From Acidobacteriota bacterium (lineage in GTDB: Bacteria > Acidobacteriota > UBA6911), in assembly GCA_963664705.1 (NCBI GenBank), contig OY761556.1, positions 5,120,001 through 5,184,000 of the forward strand: a DNA stretch of 64,000 bases, written 5' to 3'. Below are positions 37,828 through 47,491 of this stretch, in pieces (position 1 is the first letter of the stretch; the number at the start of each line of letters is the position of its first letter). The notes beneath the pieces were generated by a model, which saw only the letters and a program-made list of their open reading frames with translations, was not told the origin of the DNA and did not search any database. The position numbers and the translations under genes are program-made.

Positions 37828-38868
37828 CTATGCTTCTGCTGCGGTGATCCCGTCCAGACCGCACTTTGCGACTACGGTCAAAAGCTTGTTTGTGGAGTGC
37901 CACATAGGTAGACACTTTACATTCACGACAACGATTCCGTTCTCTCCGCCCCTCTCAACAAGCTGAAATCGGATCCGCTGATATGTAAGCTGCAGGCTGT
38001 TATTGGCATTATAGGTAAAGGAGATGACCGCGGTGCCTTCGGTCTGCGCTTTCATTTTCGTATATTCCGCGGAATCGTGCTGGAGCCGGGCCGTGAAATC
38101 GAGTTCGCACACCTGGTCTCCCACTTCCATGCGGCCACGTACGGCGCCGGAAGTCGCGTCACCCGCTGTCTGAAATCCGGATCCTGGATAAAATCCGCCG
38201 TCAAGCATCAGGTTGTTCTTCCAGGACGCGGTCCCCTTGACGATGTCTTTGGATGTCACGTAATCGACACCGTTGATTGTCAGGGCAAGCGATGATGAAG
38301 GCAGGAGTTTTTCCGCTACGGCGGCGGGAATCGTAATCAGGGAAGGTTCAACGTGTCTGCCGGACCCGACGATTTCGGCCGACAATTTGCTGTTTGCCCT
38401 TCCCGGACCGCTGCCAAATTCCAGAGTCCATCCATTGACCGCACAGCCTACAGCCATTCGGTCGACGATTGAGTTCTCCCCCGGACGCATCTGCTCAACG
38501 TGGCTGAAATAGGGGAGTTCATCCCCATCGGCCGGAGGATCGAGCGGATTAATGGTATAAATCCAGTTGGGCGTGGTTCCGGATTTGACAACCTTGCCGA
38601 GACCGTAGGCCAAAACCCAGGCTGCCCATTCCGCGCTCAGATATTTCTCCATCTGACCTTGGACATCCCACGAGACGTTAAAAGAATTTTCTGCGAAAGG
38701 ATGTCCCTTGCCGAGCTCCTCAGCGTCGTTTTCCGTGTTGAGCTTCGGCTCCATGCCGGATGAGTTCAATTTATTCATTCGGATCATGCCGGCTGCTGTG
38801 TTGGCTGTCTCGATATCGGCCTGTTTGTTTTTGCCGAACGCGACAAGAATTTCTCTTTCCCTGGCCAT
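37828..38868 (-). CDS. Major tail (tube) protein
   Basis: 346 aa beta-rich; directly upstream of the G/GT chaperones. Confidence 0.8.
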   Translation of the reverse strand: MAREREILVAFGKNKQADIETANTAAGMIRMNKLNSSGMEPKLNTENDAEELGKGHPFAENSFNVSWDVQGQMEKYLSAEWAAWVLAYGLGKVVKSGTTPNWIYTINPLDPPADGDELPYFSHVEQMRPGENSIVDRMAVGCAVNGWTLEFGSGPGRANSKLSAEIVGSGRHVEPSLITIPAAVAEKLLPSSSLALTINGVDYVTSKDIVKGTASWKNNLMLDGGFYPGSGFQTAGDATSGAVRGRMEVGDQVCELDFTARLQHDSAEYTKMKAQTEGTAVISFTYNANNSLQLTYQRIRFQLVERGGENGIVVVNVKCLPMWHSTNKLLTVVAKCGLDGITAAEA

Positions 38869-38880
38869 TTTTTGGTTCTC

Positions 38881-39333
38881 CTATTTTTCGTTGAAGCTCA
38901 ACAGAAGGGTGTAGTAATCGATCCCGTTCTCGTCGCTCTCGCGCCGGAGCTCCGGGAGATCGACGCCGAACGGATCGCAATCGTCCACAACGTCGATATT
39001 GCAGATCTCAAGGCCGACGCTCTCCGGCTTGCCTTCACTGATGAGTGCGGCAATAGATGCGTAGTCGGCTACAGAACTTGGTCGGATGATGACGAGGATG
39101 TCGTGCCTGTAGGTTGCAAAATCGCCTCGAGACGCTCGGGCGCGCGCCTGGAACGCGAGCATCACTGACGGAGTAGATTGGTCGTATATGGCCTGCTGCA
39201 GGCTGATTGATTGCGGGTATTCATCCTTGTAGGCAAATATGCGCGTCTCATCATCACCCAAGGCTTTCACCAGGTCCGGGATATCTCTGAGGAGAAGGAT
39301 CAAGGCATCAATAATGTCGTTTGTATCAACCAA
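38881..39333 (-). CDS. Tail terminator-like protein
   Basis: Size and synteny. Confidence 0.6.
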   Translation of the reverse strand: MVDTNDIIDALILLLRDIPDLVKALGDDETRIFAYKDEYPQSISLQQAIYDQSTPSVMLAFQARARASRGDFATYRHDILVIIRPSSVADYASIAALISEGKPESVGLEICNIDVVDDCDPFGVDLPELRRESDENGIDYYTLLLSFNEK

Positions 39334-39859
39334 GATTTATCCCCGTGCTCTTTGTGACGGCGAGCCGCTTGAGGCGCACGCCCAAAATCCGCTTCGCTAT
39401 TTCCATCACGTCTTGTTTATTAATCGGAGAAAAGACAAGCCACGGCTCGCGCTTCTGATTGGCCCAGGCGACGTCCTTATTTGTGAGCATCCGGAATTTC
39501 CCGGTCCTCACGCCCTTTTTTTTGATTTCAACCGTGCGCCATTTTTCCTGTCGCGCATCCGCTCCGACACTTGCGTAGGCTCGATTCTCACCTACAGTGC
39601 GCAGCTTCAGACTCGAAAGCATCTGCCGTGATGCACTCAGGTTGCGCCGGTTACCAAGTCCCTTGCGCGTCTTCCAGATTGCATATCGCTTCGTCAGCGG
39701 TTTCGCTGGACCGTCTCCCGGGCCCTGTGCTGCAGCCAGGCGCTTAAAAACGCTCAATAGGCCCGTGGATCCTATCTGCACCATCTCCGACTGGGGAACG
39801 GAGAGATGGTCAATCGAGAGTTGTTTTTTGACCCACAGTCGCACTGATCCGCCGGCCAT
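39326..39859 (-). CDS. Neck/tail completion protein
   Basis: Basic; 'PLTKRYAIWK…NL…MLSSL'; synteny. Confidence 0.6.
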   Translation of the reverse strand: MAGGSVRLWVKKQLSIDHLSVPQSEMVQIGSTGLLSVFKRLAAAQGPGDGPAKPLTKRYAIWKTRKGLGNRRNLSASRQMLSSLKLRTVGENRAYASVGADARQEKWRTVEIKKKGVRTGKFRMLTNKDVAWANQKREPWLVFSPINKQDVMEIAKRILGVRLKRLAVTKSTGINLG

Positions 39860-40188
39860 TACTCCACCGCCCTGTCTTTTCTCAGAAGCAATGTAATGCC
39901 GCCGGCGGCGTCCTCCGGCTTGTCCACGATCTTGTAAACGGTCGTGGCCGTGGAGATTTCATCTCCCTTTGCCGGAGCCGGGTCGACGGTTCCCTCCTGG
40001 ATCCACAGCTCCATGTAGGTGCTGTCCTCACCGGGCGCGGATTGTTCCAGCCTGGCGCCCGGATCGGGAATACCCGTGATAGGAACCGGATCCACCGGTG
40101 CCCCTTCAGGCGCGGAAGTGACACGCGTGAAAAGAAACTCCTGCCCGAAAACAACTAGGCAGGAGTCATTGAGCGATGAAAAGTCCAC
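39859..40188 (-). CDS. Head-tail joining protein (FII-like)
   Basis: 'P.KGD.I…YKIV…D..G…L.L'. Confidence 0.7.
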   Translation of the reverse strand: MDFSSLNDSCLVVFGQEFLFTRVTSAPEGAPVDPVPITGIPDPGARLEQSAPGEDSTYMELWIQEGTVDPAPAKGDEISTATTVYKIVDKPEDAAGGITLLLRKDRAVE

Positions 40189-40194
40189 GGTTCT

Positions 40195-40560
40195 CTATCC
40201 TTGAATGAGCATAACCGGAATGGTCGTGGTAGCTCCGGATTCGACGGCACCGAGAGCTTTCCCGAACAAATGCCCGGTTGTCTTCTTAGACAGTTTGGGA
40301 GTGTCCGCATCGACGTAATAAATCTTATCTCCCTTTGCCACCGCGCTATTCCCGGATCCGTTGACCCCTTTCACGGACAGGTTGAAGACTCCCTCCGTCG
40401 CGATCGTGGTATCCGCGGACGCGTTTCCGCCTTCTCCCTCTTTTGTTACTGCAACGCCGGCAATCTCTCCGACCCGGACTGGATCGCCCGAAGCCGGAGT
40501 CGCAGGATCACTCGCCGCAGCGTTGATATACTTTCCTTCCTGCACAAAGTTTTTTGCCAT
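40195..40560 (-). CDS. DUF2190 capsid decoration protein, copy 2
   Basis: MAKNFVQEG…SGDPV.VG…GVA…EGVF…GDKIY. Confidence 0.85.
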   Translation of the reverse strand: MAKNFVQEGKYINAAASDPATPASGDPVRVGEIAGVAVTKEGEGGNASADTTIATEGVFNLSVKGVNGSGNSAVAKGDKIYYVDADTPKLSKKTTGHLFGKALGAVESGATTTIPVMLIQG

Positions 40561-40608
40561 GATTTGCTGCTCCTGTTGTGGACCGAAATGAGTTTTGCCG
40601 CTGCGCTG

Positions 40609-40980
40609 CTATGCCTGAATGAGCATCACGGGGATTATGTCCTCAAGCGCGGTAGGATCCCCCAGATCAACGGTTCCAAGCGCTTTTCCGTACAGAACGG
40701 TTCCCGATGAATTCTTGTTGAGAATGCCACTGTCGTAGTAAAGCTTGTCTCCCTTTGCCACTGCGGCTGGGTTCGTACCGTCGCTGCCGGTTACGTTTAA
40801 ATTGAATACGCCCTTGGTGGCGATCGTGCATTCTCCGGACGCGTTTCCGCCCTCACCCTCCTTGGTGACGGCGACGCCCGGAATCGTTCCAACCACTACC
40901 GGATCCCCGCAGGCGGGGGTTGCCGGATCGTCGGCGGCCGCATTGATGAATTTTCCGGCCTGCACGTAATTCTTTGCCAT
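40609..40980 (-). CDS. DUF2190 capsid decoration protein, copy 1
   Basis: MAKNYVQAG…; paralog of 40195-40560. Confidence 0.85.
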   Translation of the reverse strand: MAKNYVQAGKFINAAADDPATPACGDPVVVGTIPGVAVTKEGEGGNASGECTIATKGVFNLNVTGSDGTNPAAVAKGDKLYYDSGILNKNSSGTVLYGKALGTVDLGDPTALEDIIPVMLIQA

Positions 40981-41058
40981 TTTCGATTCCCCCAAATAGA
41001 AAGGCCCGGACGGACTCCAGGCCTTCGGTTAAAGCCGGACAATGTTCGTCAATACGGG

Positions 41059-42858
41059 CTACGCGCCAGATTTCCGAACGGCACCCCGATAATCCACGGC
41101 ACCCGCGCCAAAATCCAACCTGATCTTGATCTCGACACCGTCCACATCGAAGCCCTGGCGGGTTTCGGTGTAGGGCCCTTCCTGTCCCTCAAGGTAGGCA
41201 TACACAACAACCACGCCATTCGGCGTGTTGGGATCCGCAAACAGATACCAGTCGTTGACATCGCTGGCGTCGAGTTGGTGTAGGACGACCGGCTGCAGCG
41301 TGTTTGCCCATGGATTGATCTTGGCGGATTCCGATGCCTGGTAGGATCCTGACGTGTACTGCAGGGCCAACTGTTCCTTGGTGGCCGGAACCACTAGGAA
41401 TTTCGGAATGATCCCCAGCACCTTACCGCCCGAACTGGTCTGCAGCATCATCTTGACGCGAAGAGCGCCGATATTATCCACGCTGATCGCGCCGGCCGAA
41501 TCGTCATAGTTCTTGTGCGTATTCTTGTCGAATAGGGCAACGCTGTCAGACAGGGTGCCATTGGCTGTGATGATCCCGACAACGGTATCCCCTTCGAGGC
41601 CGCCGACTTCTTGTCCGAGGAGCATCGGTGCGCGCGTGAAGGCGCCCAGATCGTCATTGACGATAGCCTGCCTGGTTATCCCCACGATCTTGCCGTAAGT
41701 TTTCACCGCATACGCTTCACGCCCTTCGATGAGCGCTCCGCGCGTGAACTCGCCCGATTCTTTCACCTGCTCGAGGCGGGAAGTCTGGTCGAGGGTCAGC
41801 TCATACATGGTTTTGAAATCAACCGCGGAACGCCTGGCGGCAATGAGGCGCCACGGAGAAACCATCATTTCATAGCCAGCCCGGAGTGATTTGTTGGCGC
41901 TATCAGCCAGGATGTAAGGGAAATCACTTGTGGACTGGAAGGCAAGCCGGACAATCTCGGTTTTGCTCTTCGTCTGCCAACGGATGCCCACGTTAGATAG
42001 GCACTCCTTGGCGTGATCAAGCAGACTCATCCCGACATACTCGCGGGCACCCTCAAATACTTTCTGTTTGCGGCCCTGATCGAATTTGTAATTCCTTTCC
42101 TTCTCGTCGGTAATCCAGGCTCCCGGTTCAAACCGCTCCAGTAAAGCTCCTACCATCGAGAACCGCCGCAGATCGGACTCGTCCTGCAGCCGCGGATCGC
42201 TGGCCGGCGTACCCGTAATTGAGGACATACCCTGGCGCTGCATTTCCGCACGTTCGTCGGATGCCTTCTTGTCGATCGCTAGTCTTCTGAACACCTCGAT
42301 AGACGTTCCCTTATCAATGTGTTCGTTAGCAAACGATTGGCGTAGTTTGAGCGCAGCGGCAACCTCATTGATGGTGCGAACACGGGCCCGCTCCTTGTCT
42401 ATACCGGAATCGACCAGGCGCGTACGATCCGCATCCGCCTGGGCCACCTGGCCAGCAGGATTGGGCTCGCGACCCTCCAGCTCCTCCGCAGCCACGAGCA
42501 GTTCGTTGTTGCGTTTGATCTGCTCCGTCAGCTCATTGTAGTTGGCCTTAGATTCATCAGTGAACCCGCCGGAGGCTTCCGCCGCATCCAGCATCTGCTT
42601 GGCCTTCTTGGTCCAGTCCACCTTGTTCTGGCGCAACTGAGTGAGATTGATCACCGGACCCGCAAAGGCGATCGCCATCCCTCCGGACAAAGTATGGTGA
42701 TCAGAAAAAAGCACGGCTGCACAGACCAGCAACACAACCGCGCAGGGTAGAGCAAATCCGATCACTCCCAAAGGATTGATCAAAGGCTGAGACGTGAAAT
42801 AGCTTCGGCCGAAATTGGCTGCAAACCACTTCCGCCGGTCTCGTGCATGTATTCTCAT
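41059..42858 (-). CDS. Major capsid protein with N-terminal scaffold
   Basis: STSDFP.IL, DFK, V.E.GE, TYGK…ITRQAIVNDDLG, GFDVDG…RLDFG. Confidence 0.92.
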   Translation of the reverse strand: MRIHARDRRKWFAANFGRSYFTSQPLINPLGVIGFALPCAVVLLVCAAVLFSDHHTLSGGMAIAFAGPVINLTQLRQNKVDWTKKAKQMLDAAEASGGFTDESKANYNELTEQIKRNNELLVAAEELEGREPNPAGQVAQADADRTRLVDSGIDKERARVRTINEVAAALKLRQSFANEHIDKGTSIEVFRRLAIDKKASDERAEMQRQGMSSITGTPASDPRLQDESDLRRFSMVGALLERFEPGAWITDEKERNYKFDQGRKQKVFEGAREYVGMSLLDHAKECLSNVGIRWQTKSKTEIVRLAFQSTSDFPYILADSANKSLRAGYEMMVSPWRLIAARRSAVDFKTMYELTLDQTSRLEQVKESGEFTRGALIEGREAYAVKTYGKIVGITRQAIVNDDLGAFTRAPMLLGQEVGGLEGDTVVGIITANGTLSDSVALFDKNTHKNYDDSAGAISVDNIGALRVKMMLQTSSGGKVLGIIPKFLVVPATKEQLALQYTSGSYQASESAKINPWANTLQPVVLHQLDASDVNDWYLFADPNTPNGVVVVYAYLEGQEGPYTETRQGFDVDGVEIKIRLDFGAGAVDYRGAVRKSGA

Positions 42859-42890
42859 GTGGATACACTCCATAGATAGATGCGCACCCA

Positions 42891-42916
42891 ATAAAAAAGC
42901 CCGCTGCCAGGCGGGC
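42891..42916 (-). terminator. Terminator-like hairpin immediately upstream of the capsid gene
   Basis: GCCCGC-CTGGCA-GCGGGC followed by TTTTTTATT. Confidence 0.7.
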
Positions 42917-42988
42917 CAAAGGCGCTGTGTTTGTTGTAAACCGGCGGTTTCGGCATTCCTCCCGTGAACGCTGCGTCCCGCCGTTTGA

Positions 42989-43591
42989 CTAGATGCTCAA
43001 AAATTCCATTCGTGCTTTTTCGAGATCAAAACTGATACGTGACATCGATGAGATGATATCTACCTCGGTAAACTGGATCTTGTCGCTGAGTTTCAGACCG
43101 GCGTTGGGATCCGCCCCAATTGGTACAAGCGATACCTCCATGGGCTCCCAGTCAATCGCCAGGTATGATCGCGTTCCTTTCGGATTTCCTTCCTCGTCCT
43201 TTTCGGTGATGTCCTGAAGCTTGTAAATAGCTGCGCCGACGGACGCATTGCGGATTATTTCGTCCTGCACGTCCTGCCAGATCGGAGTCACCTCATCGCG
43301 GTTGCTGAACCGTACCCTGGCGTCACCCTTCAGGTTTGCCGTTTGAATCACGCCGATTACATCCGCCAGGCTCCAGTCGCTGTGCGAGTTGAGAAGCGGT
43401 GCCTTCCCGCTCGTCAGCCGTTCCATGCGCACATGCTCTGGTTTCATGCTGAGGGTCAGGTAATACTTGCCGTCCCAGCTCAGGCGCCGTATCGTCGCGC
43501 CGGTGTACCACTTGAGGTTCGCAATGCGCGCGCCATTCTCAGACTTTTCGGGAGCGAGTTCGGCCTGAAGCAGGTGTCTTGGAATTTTCAT
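42989..43591 (-). CDS. Prohead maturation protease
   Basis: APLLNSH, RNASVG, WEPMEVSLVPIGAD. Confidence 0.9.
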   Translation of the reverse strand: MKIPRHLLQAELAPEKSENGARIANLKWYTGATIRRLSWDGKYYLTLSMKPEHVRMERLTSGKAPLLNSHSDWSLADVIGVIQTANLKGDARVRFSNRDEVTPIWQDVQDEIIRNASVGAAIYKLQDITEKDEEGNPKGTRSYLAIDWEPMEVSLVPIGADPNAGLKLSDKIQFTEVDIISSMSRISFDLEKARMEFLSI

Positions 43592-45099
43592 TGTTGTCCT
43601 CCTTGGACTGGATTGCCGGAGGATTCCGTGACCGCTCCGCCGGTTCCCGTGCGTTTCCTTGGATCGCAATCGAGTACGATCCCGGCCTTATCCAATTTTC
43701 TGTTCACCTCGGCGATCTCCTCGATCTGTTCGTCCGGATCGTATCCTTCTTCTCCCACCGCCTGCGGCCAGGTCTTTGTGCCCATGCGGATCGAGGCGCG
43801 TGTTGCATTCGCATCTTTTTCCGGATCGACCGATCCATACTTCGGCATCGACCATTCCATTCGGAAATCCAAAGTCGGAATTTTTCCGGCGGCGAAGGCA
43901 TACTCCCGGAACCAGCGGCTGATCGGGTTACAGAACATAGGCACAAAGCACAGCCACCGGAACTGGTCCATCTTGGTCCGGAAGGAGATCATGCCGGCAC
44001 GATAACTCGAATAATTCACATTTGAAAGATCTCCGGTCAGCTGCTCGTAGGTCACACCAATGCCGACGGCCATCTTGGTCTGGATGTCGCGCTTGAAATC
44101 CCTATACCCGTCTCCTGTGCCAGAAGGAGCGGCAAATTTCACGTCTTCTCCCGGCCGCAGATAGCGAATCATTCCCGGCTCGAGCGATTCTTCCGTCTGA
44201 TTCCTGGAATTTGTTTCCGTTTCACCGGACGGAATCGGATCGAGGGCCTCCGTCTGTGTTACGAAGGAAGCGAAGCAGGCCTGGATCTTTTTCTGCACGA
44301 TGGCCGCTTCGGTGTATTCATCTTCATCGCGCATGGTGATGATGACCGGAGCCAACCAAGGTGTTCCGCGGACCTGCTGCCGTTTTTTTCGATAAATATG
44401 CAGGATATCCGCTGCCGGCACCCGCCTGGAGATCACGCTCGCCCGGGAGAAACCGCTCGCCACGTCTCCGGGATGGCTCGGGAACATCCAGTAGGCGATC
44501 CGGCTTCCAAGCAGATCGAATTCCACGCCCTGAATGATGCGGCCAGTCTTGGTATCCTCGGTCTTGTTAAGATCTAGAAAATCCGGCTCCATGACCTGGA
44601 TCTGAAGCGGCACATGAAATCCGTCATCGTAGTACCGTCGCCGCATCCGGACCAGGCACTCGCCGCTCTCAATGACGGTCCGTACCGTCAAATCCTGCAA
44701 ACCGTAGAGATCGAGCTGACCATCGGCATCGCATTCATCCACCCATCGTTTCCAGGATTCGCTAATTACTCTCGTGTACTCCGGATCATTCGTCCGCGGT
44801 TGCGCCGTGATTCCCGTGCCGACGGCGCTGCCGGCCAGTTCGTCTATGCCATTATTCGCATAGGCGTTGTTGCGGACAAGTTCACGGCTCCGCTGGCGCA
44901 ACTTGGACAGATACGGCCCAATCTCCGCGTTGGCGCTGGTGTCCGATGTGATCCAGTCGGACATTCTTCGGTCCATCCGGGCGCCCTCATAGGATAGTGT
45001 GATGGCCTGCGCTGCGCGGTACTGGGACCGATGGAATCCCCATTTGGGGCTGAGCCATGAGATTGATTTATCGAGCCAGGTATCTTTTTGTCTGGTCAT
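43588..45099 (-). CDS. Portal protein, lambda family
   Basis: LRQRSRELVRNN, QVRGTP, LTGDLSNVNYSSYRAG, VDPEKD. Confidence 0.95.
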   Translation of the reverse strand: MTRQKDTWLDKSISWLSPKWGFHRSQYRAAQAITLSYEGARMDRRMSDWITSDTSANAEIGPYLSKLRQRSRELVRNNAYANNGIDELAGSAVGTGITAQPRTNDPEYTRVISESWKRWVDECDADGQLDLYGLQDLTVRTVIESGECLVRMRRRYYDDGFHVPLQIQVMEPDFLDLNKTEDTKTGRIIQGVEFDLLGSRIAYWMFPSHPGDVASGFSRASVISRRVPAADILHIYRKKRQQVRGTPWLAPVIITMRDEDEYTEAAIVQKKIQACFASFVTQTEALDPIPSGETETNSRNQTEESLEPGMIRYLRPGEDVKFAAPSGTGDGYRDFKRDIQTKMAVGIGVTYEQLTGDLSNVNYSSYRAGMISFRTKMDQFRWLCFVPMFCNPISRWFREYAFAAGKIPTLDFRMEWSMPKYGSVDPEKDANATRASIRMGTKTWPQAVGEEGYDPDEQIEEIAEVNRKLDKAGIVLDCDPRKRTGTGGAVTESSGNPVQGGQQ

Positions 45100-45311
45100 T
45101 TGCGGAATCTCGCGTATGTCGTCCGTCCGGTTCCGGTCGACGTAGGTGATGTATCGGTCTCAACCGCGTCCTTCATCGTCTGCAGCAGTTTGAGCATTTC
45201 GGAGATGGACTGATACTGCACTTCTCGATCCGAGAAGCGCACGCGCAAGACACCGCCTTTGATCGCGGATTCGAGCGCCTGAATATCCGTTTGTGTCCAG
45301 GAGGTTGCCAT
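45096..45311 (-). CDS. Head-tail joining protein (gpW-like)
   Basis: 'ALESAIKGGVLRVRFSDREVQYQS'. Confidence 0.85.
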   Translation of the reverse strand: MATSWTQTDIQALESAIKGGVLRVRFSDREVQYQSISEMLKLLQTMKDAVETDTSPTSTGTGRTTYARFRK

Positions 45312-45314
45312 TGT

Positions 45315-45539
45315 CTATGCCTTCTGCCGCCTGAGGTAAAAGACAGCCATGTCTCCGGGTTGAGGAATCACGGTGACAAGTTCCCATTCATCCAGGCCGA
45401 GATCATTTAAATCCACGGTGCGCTCCAGAACGAGGGATTTGTATTCCCATTTCACCGGCTGCAGGACTCCGATGCTCGCCGGAAGAAGTCCGTCTATTTC
45501 CCGAACCAGTCCGGGATCGATTTGATTCTTTTGTCTCAT
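45315..45539 (-). CDS. DUF4177-like protein
   Basis: 'KWEYK…LNDLGLDEWELV'. Confidence 0.7.
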   Translation of the reverse strand: MRQKNQIDPGLVREIDGLLPASIGVLQPVKWEYKSLVLERTVDLNDLGLDEWELVTVIPQPGDMAVFYLRRQKA

Positions 45540-47491
45540 CGCCGCAACCAGTTCCTTCCCCTGTTTCCAAGCCATCCGACTCCCGTAGTCGGCTGAGGCT
45601 TCGGTTCCGTCTTCGGCGCTTCAGCCTTGGAGCTAGGCTCGTCCACTTTCGGCCAGACGCTCAGCTGTGCCTCGTATGCCTTGAAATGCTTGTCCTGCAT
45701 CCGGTCGTATCCGAGGCTATAGGCCGCGGCCCGGGCGTAGATCCTGCAGTCGAGCGCTTCATTGCGCGGCCTGGTCTGCTGCCACTCAGTCTTCGTCCGT
45801 CCGGTTCTTCGGTTCGGCCGGCTGACGAGCTGCTCGGCACATAGTTGCTTGAAGTGTTCGTCACCGAAATTGTCTCCCGCGGGGAAATGGCAGAAGCCCT
45901 GGGGAAACGCAAAGCCCTTCTGTAGTTCTTCCTCTGTTGGCCTGCGCAATTTCAGTGCTGCATAGAAATCCGACTTGAAGAAATTGACATTGATCATGCG
46001 GATCTTCAGTCCCGCCTTGATCTTTTTCCCGCCCTGAGTGACATCCACCGGTGAGGGCTGGCCAACCGGAAGGATCCCCTTGTCCGATCCTTTGATCGCC
46101 ATGACCTGAGTCGCCGGCTGCGAGCGCACCCAGTTGTAGACATCCTGGGTGCTGTCTCCAGAATCCACGAACATTCTCGAGATTGGAATTTCCGCACCGG
46201 ATTCCGTCTGATAGCTCTGGGCGCGGATCGCGGCGAGTTTTTCCCAGACAGCAGCTTCCGATGTCTTCCCCTCCAGAATCAGATAAGCAACCGACCAGGA
46301 CTCCCGGTTGCGACCCCAGGTGACAATCTCCACCTCGAGGCGATCGCGCTGCACATCGACTCCCGCCGTTAGAAACAGCCCGCCGTGCGGTATGGTACCG
46401 ACTGGGTAGTCTTCCCGGCGCGCCAGCAGCAGTTCCCACTCGGGAGCCTCGCCCTTCTCCACCCAGTTTTCCGCGAGTGACGTGTTCGTAAAGGTCTTCA
46501 GGTCCTCGGCGTTGTTTTTCTTCATCAGGAAATCCAGGACAATGTCCGAAAGTGATTTCCATGGCGAATAGAGCTCGCTGATCCAGAATCCTGCCGTCCC
46601 ATGGAATCGGCCCTGCGCTCTCCATTCTCCCCGCTCTACCGCTTTCCATCGGTCGGCATCGTTCCATGGCGCATCGCATGATTCACAGTGGTACCTGGCT
46701 GTCGCGGCCTGCTCCTCGCGCGTCGGCAGGCTGGAATCCCATACAACTTGGGTCTGAAAGCGCAGCATCATGCTCTGCATATGCCCGCAGACCGGGCAGG
46801 GTACAAAATACTCCCTCCGGTCTGAGGCCTCGTAGGCCCGGTCTATCTCCGAATCTGCAATCGTCGGTGAGCAGGTTAGAATCTGTTTCTTCCGGTGCCG
46901 GAACGTGACCAGGCGCTTCCGGGCCAACGAGATAGGATTTCCCTCGGATCCTGCGGTCGCCGGATACTTGTCCACTTCGTCGCAAAATAGAAACCGGATG
47001 GCTCTGCGCGCCAGGTTGCCCGGGGATCCGGCCGAGGTGATTGCCAGCATTCCCCCGGGAAATAGTTTCTCCTCGATTGTGTTGTTCGAGGAGCGGGATT
47101 TCGATTCCGAGAACAGACCTTGCAGCACGGGAGTGTCCCGGATCATCGGGGCGATGCGTTCCTTCGAAAAGGCTTTGGCATCGGCGTCGCGCGGCTGCAG
47201 CACGAGGATCGGTCCCGGATCCTGGTGCACGAAGTATCCGATCCCGTTTTCTATCGTCACGGTTTTCAGCATCTGCGTGGCGGCCTTGATGACGACACAT
47301 TCCACCCTCGCGTCCGATACCGCGTCCAGGGGCTCCCGCTGATAGGGCTTCGTCGTCCACTTTCCGGCCTCCGCGGCCGACTCTGAGCTCAAATACCTGT
47401 ATTGATCGGCCCATTGCGAAACGGTAAGCCTCGGAGGAGGAGCCAGACACGTTCTGCATAATTTCTTTATTAGCTGATCGACAGCATTCAT
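45536..47491 (-). CDS. Terminase large subunit, lambda GpA family
   Basis: VSQWAD, FCDEVDKY, CPVCG, LTAGVDVQ, RNEALDC. Confidence 0.95.
   Translation of the reverse strand: MNAVDQLIKKLCRTCLAPPPRLTVSQWADQYRYLSSESAAEAGKWTTKPYQREPLDAVSDARVECVVIKAATQMLKTVTIENGIGYFVHQDPGPILVLQPRDADAKAFSKERIAPMIRDTPVLQGLFSESKSRSSNNTIEEKLFPGGMLAITSAGSPGNLARRAIRFLFCDEVDKYPATAGSEGNPISLARKRLVTFRHRKKQILTCSPTIADSEIDRAYEASDRREYFVPCPVCGHMQSMMLRFQTQVVWDSSLPTREEQAATARYHCESCDAPWNDADRWKAVERGEWRAQGRFHGTAGFWISELYSPWKSLSDIVLDFLMKKNNAEDLKTFTNTSLAENWVEKGEAPEWELLLARREDYPVGTIPHGGLFLTAGVDVQRDRLEVEIVTWGRNRESWSVAYLILEGKTSEAAVWEKLAAIRAQSYQTESGAEIPISRMFVDSGDSTQDVYNWVRSQPATQVMAIKGSDKGILPVGQPSPVDVTQGGKKIKAGLKIRMINVNFFKSDFYAALKLRRPTEEELQKGFAFPQGFCHFPAGDNFGDEHFKQLCAEQLVSRPNRRTGRTKTEWQQTRPRNEALDCRIYARAAAYSLGYDRMQDKHFKAYEAQLSVWPKVDEPSSKAEAPKTEPKPQPTTGVGWLGNRGRNWLRR

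Noticed and set aside
40195-40980. 'RecA/RadA phage recombinase' label often given to DUF2190
   Set aside because: No ATPase motifs; position after the capsid gene fits a decoration protein
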